From: Geosiphon pyriformis uo1
Lineage: Eukaryota; Fungi; Glomeromycota
Direction: 5' to 3'
DNA: 64,000 bases
NCBI GenBank assembly: GCA_016748015.1
Contig: JAAOMT010000602.1
Span: forward strand, 261,696 to 325,695
The notes under the pieces were generated by a model. That model ran no database searches, had not been told where the DNA came from, and saw nothing but the letters and a program-made list of their open reading frames with translations. Numbering within the stretch: position 1 is the stretch's first letter; every line of letters starts with the position of its first letter. Shown in pieces: positions 27,708-40,374 of the stretch. A program made the position numbers and the translations under genes.

Positions 27708-29460
27708 ATTTAATTACATAGTAAAATACTATTTTTATTCGGCAAATTTAAAGAGTTGGGAATTGTAAATTGGGTACTTGCACCATCGTGTGTTATAAGA
27801 AATAGACAAAATAGATTATAAAAGATGTATTTTTTATAAATTTTAATTTAATTTTATAATTTTAATTTAGTTTCAAAAATTATTTCCCATTAATAATAGC
27901 TAAAATAAAGGCTTCTATAATTTCTTCACAAGATATTTATATTTTAACTGATTACTAATTTGTTAAAATTACCCTTTTTTGATTATTGTGAATAGTTATA
28001 AATATATTTTTGGATCAAAGCTTCTTATTCAAAGAGCTAAGTTTTAAAACAAATGATTACCTGTTTTTATTTTTTTATCTCCAATTTTTATATGATTACA
28101 TAATAAAAATAAAAAAAAGGAATTTTATTCAAAATTTAGTATTTCAATATTATTTAACTATTGTGCAATTAGAAATTTCAAACTTAAGCAAAAAAACAGG
28201 TTTTTATATTTATTATTTTTTTCTTTAATTTAATTATATTTTTGATCTTGTTTATTTTCTATTAAAATTGGAAAACTTTAAGTTAAAAATATTTTTATTT
28301 ATTTTACGTAGTGATTAAATTTAAAATTAAAAGCTTCAAAGAAAAAGTTGAAAAGTTGATTACAATTACTAACAAATGATTTACGACTTTGTCTAAAATA
28401 AAAGTCTTTTTAATTATTAAAACTAATAAAATTTCAATAAGTGGTTTTTGTTTATACAAAAAATATTTTTTATAATTGAAACTGAATGATTAATTAAATG
28501 TAATAATAATATAATTAAAAAGTATAGTAATTTTATAACTAAAAGAGTAAAAATAATTTAGCTAATGTTGATGTAATTGAAAAATAAAGATGATATAACT
28601 AAACTTATATAATGAGATATAACTAAAATGGTTTGATTTTCTAATCTAATTTTATTTAACTTTTTATAAATTAATAAATGTATTTATTATTATTGGAGCA
28701 TTTAATTAGTTTTATCTATATTGTTCTATTGTACATGACTGCGCTTTAATCTCAATTAATAATAGATCACATGTTAAGAAAAACTTCCCCAAGGCTTATT
28801 CCGGATCAATTGAATTTACTCAAATTAATCTTTATTTATTCTTAAAAAAGTTGTGTGTGTTGATTATTTATATATTTATATATAATTATTTAAATTTTCC
28901 TGTTGCTCTATTGCTGTGCTAGAAATCTGGGCAACCTTTAAAATCACGGTTTAAAATCATGAAAGTGGATTCGATTCCTAAAATTACCGATTTGTCAAGT
29001 ACAATTTGAAGAAAAATTAATATTTCTATGGTTAAGTCGAACTCAGCCAAGAATTCAAACTTCCGAGCGTGTATATGTTTTATACTAGTCGAATGAGAAT
29101 GATATCAATTATGTGAATGAGATATTTATGCAAGGTTTGTTTGATAAGCTTGGCACTGATGACCATATTCGAAGTTATTACATCACAGTGCTTCCAAGAT
29201 CGATTTCCTTGGAATTCAAGAATTTGATTGTTTATAACCAAAAACACCTAACAGCACGTCGTTTAAGAAGAGTCATATAGATAAATCCAAATTAATAAGC
29301 CGCCAGGATTTTCTACTAGAATACTATTAATAGCACGGGATCGTATTTTATATATAAGTGACCTGTTGCAGAGACAGAATCAGAGAAACAGAAACAAAAA
29401 CAGTGACACTCATTCAAGATAAAGCTGAATAAATTAAAAAAGCCACATACACAATTAACA

Positions 29461-30496
29461 ATGAAACAACAGAAATCGTACGATAAACTAAAGAAATATG
29501 AAGAAAGAAAATCCAAAGTAACTATTGGATATTCTACACGTAAGTTAAAATTTCTTACCTTCAAAAGTTATTATAGATCAAATGTTCGCTTAACTAATCA
29601 TCTCTCTCATGCCAAAAACAACAGAACCGACCGGTGAAATAAAGCGAAAAAATATTGTAACCCCAAAAGATATTCAGAAAATAGATTTAACTTCACCAAA
29701 CCAAAAATTCTTATTTCACGGAACACGTAACGAAATACTAGAATGGATGTTAAATCATGGAGACATTATCATTGACTACAACTCAATACAAGAAGAAATT
29801 CATTCACAAAATCTATCAACATCGAGCGAGCCCAAATCATTCTCGAAAACAGGTTATATAACATTGGATTTATATAATCCAAAAGTACCCGAAGATTCAA
29901 TCCTGATTTGTCCCATTAATCAGGCCAGGAATCATCTGCCATGGATGAACATGTTTCTAGAGATACGACCCACAAATTCAGTAAATGATGGGAAATTCAA
30001 ACCAGTGAAACGAGTGATTCTACCATCTGGCCTTTCATTACGTGAAATTTCGAAAGCATTAGAAATATATTGGCGACATCCACAGCTAAAATCCCCTGTA
30101 TTTCTTGAACAACCAGTTGAAACAAGAATTGAAAATTCATTAACAGTTAAAGAAAACAATGATGTCAATAGCAAGACCTATCATACAACATCAATTTTCT
30201 CACGATGGCATCACAAAGATTCATATTTTTCATCTAAAATTATAACTCCTTATACATTTGATTCGTACAATGAGGAATGGAATGTAAAAGAGGAAGAGCA
30301 AAAAAGAGAAGAAAAGGAAAATCTTGAACAATTAAATTTGGCTGGGTTGCCAAACTATGACGAGGTGAATAAGGATCAGCTATTAGAAGTTGGTGATATT
30401 TCTGAGAATGAAAAACAAGCACACAAATATTTTTATCAAAGGCTTTGGGGTTCTAACCCTAACCCTAATCCTAACCCTAATCCTTACCCAGACTAA
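29461..30496 (+). CDS. Orphan protein with LFHGT motif, acidic C-terminal region and (Asn-Pro)n tail; probably 2 exons (29461-29539, 29625-30496)
   Basis: 295-codon ORF 29609-30496. An upstream ATG at 29461 (MKQQKSYDKLKKYEERKSKVTIGYST) joins it in frame through an 85-nt intron: GTAAGT at 29540, ACTAAT branch-like site about 29593, CAG at 29622-29624. No family recognised. Confidence 0.6.
30453..30489 (+). repeat. Six telomere-like CTAACC units inside the coding tail
   Basis: ctaacc ctaacc ctaatc ctaacc ctaatc cttacc, encoding NPNPNPNPNPYP. Confidence 0.85.
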
Positions 30497-30964
30497 AATA
30501 AAAACTATTTAGTATTAATGGATAACTATTTTTCCGAAATGGTTTATTTTATTTCTTGCATATGTATAAAAAAAAAGGATCTAACCTAATATTCTTCTAA
30601 TTATTATGGGGAATTTTTCATGCAACTCCTCAATTTATCTTGCATTTTATAACTCTAATTCTAAACAAGATTTAAAAAGCATACAAATAATGTTCCTCGA
30701 AGCATATCCTTGACCTAGAACTTCCAATAAATTCTCTAGTACCACTTTGAATTGTCAGCTCTCTTGGTAGAAAATAAAAAAGCATATATCGTTGGAGGGT
30801 TTTTTTAAACTGTAAATTAAGTGCAACATGTTTCGCATAAATTGCGATAAGAAAAATTATAATTTATGACCAACATATAAGACTTCATAATTTTCTTCAG
30901 TTGGTTTTTTCTCTCAAATTGTACTTCCCTTGTTTTAAAGCCAAAAGATCGCATTTAAAACATC

Positions 30965-33770
30965 ATGAGGGAGGAAACAAATTCAGCACCCAAAGAACCA
31001 ATAGAGATTGGTAATAAAGCAATAGAAAAATCAAAACCAGGACAAAACCAACTTGTATTGGGAGTTCAAAATTCTCTGGATGTGAAAAATAAAAATAAAA
31101 ATACTGGTTTGACAAAGGTAAATTTAAAACCAGCCACCCTAATATCAAATACTCTGCAAAATTATCTAAAATTTTATCATTATTACAGTCTGAGCCACAA
31201 GAGCTCGATTTGAAAAAATTGGACACAAAATTGACAATTGATGATTTAATAGTTGACGGCTTAGATAAAGAAACTTATTATAAAGATTTGAATGCTGACC
31301 AAGAAAATCATGAAATCTCGAAATTGCCTCGCAAGGAAATGGCTCTCGTTTTGTTAGGGTATGAGAAAACCAATGCAATATCTTTAAATTATATCCGAAA
31401 TCAGAATGAAAATTGATTATTTTTGTTCAAAAGTTTCTGTGGGGCTCTTTTCATCGCCTGCCTTGACGTTACAATTGGTAATTTCATTTCATATTTCAAA
31501 TTCACCGCTTGGTATTAATTCGAAACTCTCAAAATAAAATTTTAAATAGCCCCTATTCTTTTCATACGAATTAATCTATTGCTTAATTGTTTTAGTTGCA
31601 ACTTGTCTCGCAAAAATTGCCTCCGAATTCGAAGCTCTTGATCAAATATCTTGGGTTGCAACTGCGTATATTTTAACTGCAACAGCAATACAACCTCTGT
31701 CTGGGAAACTTTCCGATATTTTTGGAAGAAAAGCTCTGCTATTGTTTGGTGTTATCACTTTTGTAGTGGGAAGTGCTCTTTGTGGCGCTGCGCAGGTATA
31801 CATAATGAAATATATATTGAGACTAATTCTTTCAAAAAATTTGAGAATTTTCATTCATAAAACTTTGCTTTTGACTTTAGAATATTGTCATGCTAATTAT
31901 TTTCCGGGCTGTAGCAGGACTGGTAAAAACTAATTTTTAATATTCTTTCTTGAGATTTTACCATTTCACTTTTCAATTAAAAAATTTCAATCAAAAATAA
32001 AAACCAATTTTAGGGATCCGGTGGTATTATAAGGTATAAGGTTCTCAATTCCTATGTAGCATTTCATTAAATAAGAAGTTGCCTTTTCTAAAATCATCAA
32101 TTTTTAACTAAAGCATGGTTATGGTCATTATATCAGACCTCGTGGAACCCCATGAACGTGGAAAATATCAGAGTATGACCGGTGTCATATTTGCATTGGC
32201 TTCAATTACAGGACCTTTAGCCGGTGGTGTTTTTAGTGATCACCTTTCTTGGGTAAGAGTTAAGTTTAAAGTGGATTTTATCCCATAAAATAGGCTAAAC
32301 AATTATTTTAATTTCATGAAAATTGGAATACTTTCTTTGACCTTAGAGAGTAAGTATTCTCCAAAATTTTAACGAGTAGGAGTTCTCAGCAAATTTAATT
32401 AAATTCCTATATTCTAACATCACTTTGATTAAGTAGTGGGCTTTTTACATTAATCTTCCAGTTGGAATTCCAACAATTTTCCTGATAGCGTTCTTCCTAA
32501 AGCTTCCAGCAGTTCAAGGATCAATTAAAGAAAAGCTTCGGCGAATCGATTACCTTGGATGCCTGCTCACCATCTTGATGTTCATTTGCCTCTTGCTACC
32601 TACAAATTGGGGAGGTGTCCAATACAAGTGGAGTAATTGGCGTGAGATTTTTCTTTATATCCTTGGAGGAATTTTGGTTTTAGTTTTGGTATTTGTGGAA
32701 ACCAAGGTTGCTGAACCAGTCATTCCACCGCATTTATTTAAATATCGTTCTGTCGTGGCTATTTTCTTGACAAATTTTTTCGTTGGGAATGTCTTTTTTT
32801 CCATGATATTTTATACCCCATTATATTTTCAGGTTAAATTTTTGGAGTTTTCAATTTGGTTGAATGAATATGATTGAATTACCTACTAAAAAAATTACTA
32901 TTTCTTATACTTTTGACCTTCCTCAGGCGGTAAAACATGATACAGCCACCCAAGCCGGTCTACAATTGATTCCTTTTATAGTTAGCTTGATGTTATTCTC
33001 TATAGTTTCTGGTGTAGGAGTGAGTAAAACGGGACTTACACGACCATTCTGCTGGATTGGTTGTGCTATATTGACAATTGGGTGTGGACTATTAAAAACT
33101 TTGGATGCTTATTCGAATAGAGGACAGCAAATTAGCTACTTGTTAATTACTGGAACTGGGATGGGTTTGGTCTTTCAGGTTCCAATACTTGTCGCTCAAA
33201 GTGCTGTGTCACATAAGGTCTTTATATCAAAAAATTTACATGCTGGTGATTTTTTTGAAAATTTTCTCAATTCTTTTCTCACTTAAAAAGGATCTTGCGG
33301 TTGCAACTGCAGTCACAAATTCTATGCGTGCTGGTAAGATTTTCTCATGTATTCAGAGATTTTATTAAAGAACCCAATTGGAAAGACTCCTGATTAAACC
33401 AAAAATTTTATTAGTTGGTGGCATTTTCGGAACCGCAATTGATGGATCAGTATTGAAGAATGTATTAAACAATCGCCTGCAAGATCTACACGTTGTAGCA
33501 AGCGGAAAATTTGATCTGGAAAAAGCACTTAATGATATCAATTATGTTTGGACTATTACTGACCAGAATCTCCGCCAAAAATTAATTGATTGCTATGTTG
33601 ATGGTATACAGAGTCTTTATACTGTCGCCATCCCTTTTGCTGGTGCGGCATTTTTGGCCAGTCTACTTATAAAGGTAAATTTCTTGAATTACAGAAAGTT
33701 TTAAAAGAAAATAAAACTAATGCAAACTTTTTTAAACTCGTAGCACCAAGAATTAAAAAAAAAGTACTAA
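30965..33770 (+). CDS. MFS drug:H+ antiporter, DHA2 (14-TMS) family
   Basis: Exons 30965-31117, 31189-31358, 31434-31477, 31596-31795, 31881-31922, 32014-32033, 32114-32252, 32347-32349, 32437 onward, last exon 33744-33770. Motifs: LDVTIVAT, WVATAYIL, motif A GKLSDIFGRK, RAVAGLGSGG, ERGKY, GPLAGG, SWRWAFYINLPVG, RIDYLG, EPVIP. Confidence 0.93.
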
Positions 33771-35299
33771 AAATATTAAGGTTAATTATGGTTAAAATAA
33801 TAAAAAATAGATTTTACTTGCTAAATGACTGGGGTATACTTCTCTAATAATAGGACCAATACCTTCATCTTGCTAAAAAATATTATTTATATTGAAAGAA
33901 AATTTTTTTTGAAGCCCCATAATGAAAAGTTTAAAATTTAAGAATTTTTTGGTTGAAAGTTATGATAAAAAAATCATTTCTATCAAATAAAAGCAGTGAG
34001 AATTCAAAAATCGGATAGAGCCTGTAGCATTTCGTCAAAGAGAAAACTACTACTAATTTGTTTAAAGGACTTTTTTAAAGTTGCACCAACTGAAAGATTG
34101 TTGTAATTCAGTTTTTTTTTTGATTTTCGGTGATTTAACTCTCCGTTGAAATTTTCTATGCGCATTAATTTCTCATTAAGAGACCTTATAAATCGGGGCC
34201 TGAAAATAATCTAACTCTTATTGATATTAGATGGAATAATAACCGATGAGGATGTTGAAGATTTTGCATAACTGGAATTAAATTTCTTTTTTAACAAATC
34301 CTAAAAAAGAAGAAAGCGGAAATTAAAGGTTTCAAATTGGTGTTTATTTTAACTTGAACTTCTACTATCGTAAAGACGTTCGATATAAAAATTAACCAAG
34401 ATTGTATAAAAAAGTTTTGAGTAAGCAAACGTTGAAACTCTTAAAAATATGGTGTCCTTTAATAAATAAACGTTAAAGGTAAAATAAAATATTTAAAAAT
34501 TCAAAAAGATGTAATCTTAATACAGACGAAATTAGTTTTTTAATTTGGAAAATAGTATTAATAAATACATGTCACTCTTGAAACAATAAATTAAAAGAAA
34601 TTTGTAAAGGAAAAAGGAAATTGAATTTAGTAAGTGGTTCAAAAAATGAAGTTTTCATTCTCTTCAATTTTAATAGCGTATCTGTATAGAAGAATCTGAA
34701 TACCGTTCTGAAAGAAATCAAATTCTTTAATGGAACAATGGGAGCAAAGGTTCTCGATAGTAGAAAAAATAAAAATAAGAGTCTTTATCAATGGTATTGG
34801 AAAATCAAAATCCTGATGAGTCTCATTTAACAACTTCATTCGACCCTTATTATTACGCGAATCCAGTTTAAATTTGTCTGTTCACCTATTTCAAATAGAA
34901 AAAAGCTCTTTTTCAGGTGGAATTTTCTCAGTTTGAGATTCAAGGAAAATTCTGAAAATTTCAATATTCTTTGGCTTTTTATTTTGTTATTTTATTTGAT
35001 TAAATGTTTGCTCTTTTGTGGATAATTCTTTAATTTTTTCATGAACCTTTATCAATATTTTAGAAGACCATCTAGCTCACTTTGGACAATGGTAATCGTT
35101 TTATTGATATCTTGGAACCATTCGATTTTCTTGACTAAATTTATGTACAATGTGTGACAAAGAAACTTAACGAACAGGCAAATATTAATATATATAAAAC
35201 TTTTTCATTTTTTACCCAAATTCAAATCAAATAAAAGTCCACTATTTCCAAAGCGAAATTAATTTTGCAGCTTTGTCACAGAACGTAGCAAGCAAAAGC

Positions 35300-35970
35300 T
35301 TATCTACTCCCGGGGTGAGGGTGAAAAGTTCGTCCCAAAATTAAGTAAATCACTAAGCTACCTATCTCAACTGTACCACACAATGACAAAAATTGAACAA
35401 AAAAGTGGTAATAATCGTGGTAATAAAATTACGTGACATATACTGAGAAAAGAAAGTCTTTGTCTCTGCAAAAAATTGCTATTAAACTAGATACAGAGGA
35501 AGTAGAAATTTCGTATCGTTCACTTGGATATATCAAAAACCCACCAATTACTACGCCAATGCTCAAAAGCAGAAACATGCTAAAATGGGCCAAATTTCAT
35601 CTTAATGATAATTGGAAAAAAACATTATTTTCGGATGAAACAGCATTTCAACTGTTCCCAAACACAGGTACAAGGGAAAATGGCCAATTCGTCCAAGACT
35701 AAAATACCAAACAAGAAATTTTTGCGTGGAGCAGATTTTTTATGAAGGTAGAACCAGCTTACTTTTTTTCGGCTTATTATAAGTGTAAAGTTTATATTAA
35801 AATTTTGCAACAACATGTTGAGGAAGTTAATAAAATACTTGGGGAGAAATGGAATTCTTTGCCGAAAACTACGTTTGATCTTAAAAAATAAAAAAAATAT
35901 ATATATGGTAAAATCTTTCCAAAAATTCTTGATGAATTTTTTCAAAACCTTAACCCAAATGTAAAAGTTG
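35300..35970 (+). mobile_element. Degenerate Tc1/IS630-like transposase relic
   Basis: TTPML...LKWAKFHLNDNWKKTLFSDETAFQLF carries the first catalytic Asp motif FSDE. Later fragments read YIKILQQHVEEVNKILGEKW and LNP. Many frameshifts and stops; ends not defined. Confidence 0.78.
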
Positions 35971-36526
35971 TTGGAAAAATGAACAAGAAAGAAAAATTAA
36001 AGAGGCAAAACAAAAGAAATATTAAATTTTCTTAATCGGCTTATGAACAACTTTATCAAATATCTTCTTATAATCAAAGATTCCAAATGCTACTTTCTCT
36101 TCTTTGGTCAATGGGTCTATAATAACGTTCAGAAAATTCTCTTAAATCCTTGGTAGTACTAGTAACAGTTATTCATTTTGCAAATATTGACGTATCTTTA
36201 CACTTTTTATATTTCTCTTCATTTGAATTGGAAACTGAAGCTTTTGTCGAAGCTGAAAAAACTTTTTTCTAGCTTTTCGAGTAGACTTTTTCTCATTCTA
36301 GTCAAATGGAGTTGATCAAGCAAAAAGTACAATTTTTATTTTTCAAGAGAAGAGGGCATATAAGTAGAGTAAGGATGATTTTAAGAAATTTGCATTAGAA
36401 TTTTATATTATTGAATATAGTTTTTTAAAATTAGAATTCGAGCAAGATTGTGTAATGGGCTTTTAGAATTCTTTTTAAGCATTTTTGGTCATGAATTTTT
36501 CTTTAAAAAAAAAAAAAAAAAAAAAA

Positions 36527-36719
36527 NNNNNNNNNNNNNNNNNNNNNNNNNNNNNNNNNNNNNNNNNNNNNNNNNNNNNNNNNNNNNNNNNNNNNNNNNN
36601 NNNNNNNNNNNNNNNNNNNNNNNNNNNNNNNNNNNNNNNNNNNNNNNNNNNNNNNNNNNNNNNNNNNNNNNNNNNNNNNNNNNNNNNNNNNNNNNNNNNN
36701 NNNNNNNNNNNNNNNNNNN
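36527..36719. other. Assembly gap (193 N) after a poly-A run
   Basis: Run of n; true distance and contiguity across it are unknown. Confidence 0.99.
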
Positions 36720-37028
36720 TTGGTTGTCGGATTAATCTATCAGTTAAATGAGCCATTGGGTTAATTGATTACATATAAGGTTATTTTTTCGATATTAAAA
36801 GTACTGGTCTATTTTAAGTAAATGTTGGTATTTGAACACAACTTAAATTTTTTATTTGTAATTTTTAATTTTAATAAAATGAAAATTTTCAAGCCTTTTG
36901 ACCATCGATTATTCCTCGATACTGACATGTGTAGCATTCAAGAAACTTTTTCTTTTATAATTGCCTTATACACACAATAAGCATAATTATATTGGGGGTT
37001 TTTAATGATACTGTTACTTTAAATAATC

Positions 37029-37029
<1 letters not shown>

Positions 37030-37084
<55 letters not shown>

Positions 37085-37140
37085 GTAATAATAATAATAA
37101 TAATAGTAATAATAATAGTGGTAATATTAATAGTAATAAA
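37030..37140. repeat. (ATA)n microsatellite, partly degenerate
   Basis: Direct inspection. Confidence 0.95.
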
Positions 37141-38105
37141 ATAATGCCATATTAAGACTATTATAAGGACTAAAAATAATAAAATGGTTTTTAACTTCAA
37201 AAATCAGCCATCAATTTCGATGGCACATGTTGACTTAAAAAAGAAAACTCCCTATTCTAATTGGCTTTCGAATTTTCTACAAGGAAAGAAAAAAAATTTT
37301 TTTTCAACAAAAAAAAGGTTTCAATCATTCTTCTGAAAATGTTCCCATTCACAAAAATATCATCTTTTTTCTTATTAATGCACTTGGAAACATCAAAAAA
37401 TTCTAATTTTTCTCGAAACCAATTGCTTTTAAAACCCCCCACTTTATTGTAAACAATAGGATATATTGTTTGCAGCTTTTCGGGTAAAACATAGTAATAC
37501 TTTCATCCTTCATCTTTTTAAATGCTTAATGTATAGATCACTATTCAAGATTCACAATATATTATTAAAAATAGAAAAAACCTGTTTTATAATTGATCCC
37601 ATTTTTGATGTTAAACGTAATGCGATGCAACGCAATGCATATGATAATAAAGGTACGAAAATTTTTTAAAAAAAAGAATTTACCATAAAAGGTATTTTAA
37701 TAGAAAGAAATGCATAGAAAATGAAAGAGAGTGGAAAAAAGCGTAATCGGCTTTCAAAGAATCATCGTAATCTTCATTAAAACCCTAATTTTTATAAGGA
37801 TGAGTAATCATCTTTTTTCAGCTTTAGAAACGCGATAATTTTTTAAAATCATCAATAGTAAGTGCATAACCTTGCAGGAGAGCCTCTAGGGTTACTAATT
37901 TTATTAGTTTTTTTTTCCCCGATTGATTTATTACATAAGAATTATGGTGTAAAATTGAGATGTGATCTCAACAACTGGTAAAATAGGTCAAGGAGAATGT
38001 TTGAAATATTCCCAAATGCATTCTTTTTGGTGAGTCTTATCTCTTATAGATGTTTCACGACATGGGAGGGGGGGGGGGTTTTTTTTTCATTTCAGTATTT
38101 CAGTG

Positions 38106-38175
38106 TGTATGTATGTATGTATGTATGTATGTATGTATGTATGTATGTATGTATGTGTGTGTGTGTGTGTGTGTG
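38106..38175. repeat. Compound (GTAT)n(GT)n microsatellite
   Basis: Direct inspection. Confidence 0.95.
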
Positions 38176-39522
38176 CAAAAGAAGCAGCGAGAAAGTATAC
38201 GAGTTTAGGTATAGTTTTTTTTTTAATAAAGATTTTCGAATTTTCTAGCTGTATGGAAAATGAATCAACAACATATGCATATTTATTTTAAATTAGGATA
38301 CCGAATCCATATGATGTATTTAATTCCAAAACTAGCCATTAAAAATAAATAATTATGCATGATGGTAACATAATTTTAGATCTAATAGAACTTTTTCCTG
38401 TTTTTGAGTAGTCCCTCATTGTTTAAAAATTCAGCTTTTAATATTTCTTAATGAAAAATTAATAAATTGATTTACAGCTCTTTTTAAGTGAAAGACTTTG
38501 AAAGATAAAGGTTTGAACAAAGCAAAAATGTTATTATTAATAATAAATTATTTAATTCGATAATTTAAATTCTTTTTTTTTTTTTTCAAAAGAAAATATT
38601 ATTTCAATTAGCTTCTCAAAAAAGGATACATTCATAGGTGTATCCAACGTGACATTTGCAAGTTCAAACTTTTTTTCGTATTTTTACTTTTTGGTTTATA
38701 ATTTAAACATCCAAGGATAATAATATATATATATATTTTTTTGATTGATTTTCTAAAAGAGAATTTTTTTGATAAAAAAAACATTTTACCCAAGGAACCA
38801 ATTAATTTTTCAACCTAACCAATTAAATTTCATTGAAAACTTTTAAATGAAATTTTTTGTTTGAATTCTGGTAATTACAAGTTTTTTTTTTTTCTTTTTT
38901 TTTTTTCGTTATTGTCATTACGAAAACGGGTAATGTACACACAAGAATCTTATTTTCTGAGATTCAAAAGTCTTTTCTTTTTTTATTTTTTATTTTTGTG
39001 TTCACATTGCACAACTTCAATCAATGATACGTGTTCAAAATTTATTTATTTAATTAATATTTCATAATCACCTTTAAAAGTGTGTAAAGTCGAAAAGGAC
39101 ACCATTGAAAATAGAGCGATTCACATGCCACAATTAATTTTCCGGTCAAAAAAAGTTTTTATAAATAAATAAATAAATATATAGTATAGTATATATATAT
39201 TTATATACATAAGTATATACACACGTACATACATAAATACATACATACATACATTCGTCCTAACAATGAGCAAGAGTACACCAATAATAAATTTAGGATT
39301 TCAAATCGGGGTTTCATATTTAGACGGAGACTATCAGGGTAAAAAATTAATATTGATACAATGATTATGCAATTTGATAAATTAATGGATCAGAGTCAAA
39401 CCCATGATTTTTTTAAATTTTTTAATTGGTCAAAACTGGAATATTTATAGTTTAAATGAATGCAGATTTTTGAAAAAAAAAAAAATTTTTTTTTCTATTC
39501 AAACAATTTGGTTCATATGTGT

Positions 39523-39539
39523 GTAAGTAAATAAGTAAT

Positions 39540-39591
<52 letters not shown>

Positions 39592-39624
39592 TAAGTAAGT
39601 AATTAAGTAATTAAATAAATAAGT
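39523..39624. repeat. (TAAG)n microsatellite
   Basis: Direct inspection. Confidence 0.95.
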
Positions 39625-40332
39625 TGGTATTACTTTATCTAGTTTGGACTTTAATTATAAGGAGAAAATTATTTTATCTTTTGGTCAGCAAATTATGTTT
39701 TTGTATTACGAAAGTTGACATAATAATTTCTAATAATGAAATGATGCTCAAATCATATTGTGCTTCTTGATCTGAAAAAATTATAGAACCATATCAAGGT
39801 CTGACCGTCTCTTATTTACCTGCGGACAGATGTCTGTGCGAAAAAGTTCCCACGATTCCCAAATGTGATGAAAAACATTAAAGTAGTAAATATTTACTTA
39901 CCTGCTGCTTTCTTTACTGTGTTGTCAAAAAAAAAAAAAAATGAGAGTGAGAGGTTGAAATCTTAAAATCCTGGTATTCATTATCAAACACGGCGGGCGC
40001 GCGCCAATTGTAAATAAAAACAGATTTTGATACCATTATTTTATTTGATAGAATGATAGTTTGGGAAAGATAAAGCATGGAAGCATAATAAATCATTGAT
40101 TGCTTTAACTTGTTTTTGTGATGATCAATACGTCTATTCACCCCCGCACGATTAAAAACTTCCTAAAACTGAAAATATTTATTGAATTTTACACTACTCA
40201 CCAATAATATTTTAAAAAAAAAAAGTTAATCGAAAAGGACTAATAAATAATTATTGTTGGAATCTCTGACTTTCGATTGGTTCACATTCTTTCCTTTCAT
40301 GATGATTTCTCATTTTAATCAATTAATAAAAC

Positions 40333-40374
<42 letters not shown>

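Noticed and set aside
29152-29192. CTGATGA...CGAA inside a GCACTG/CAGTGC hairpin, resembling a hammerhead ribozyme core
   Set aside because: There is no stem II and no GAAA/NUH arrangement in the right geometry; likely chance.
28921-29460. Horizontally acquired Mollicutes-endobacterium DNA read with TGA=Trp
   Set aside because: The interrupting stops are mostly TAA/TAG, Trp is encoded by TGG, and a plausible spliceosomal intron lies at 29540-29624.
30453-30489. True chromosome end
   Set aside because: Only six imperfect units, internal, with ordinary genes on both sides.
36448-36756. ORF-track entries spanning the N run
   Set aside because: Artefacts of the assembly gap and poly-A.
36955-37200. 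Poly-Ile/Tyr and MYVC-repeat ORFs (also 37997-38291, 42989-43207, 55986-56334)
   Set aside because: They are translations of microsatellites with no coding evidence.
39523-39624. Array of GTAAGT splice donors or a CRISPR-like array
   Set aside because: A simple (TAAG)n microsatellite with no spacers; the context is eukaryotic.
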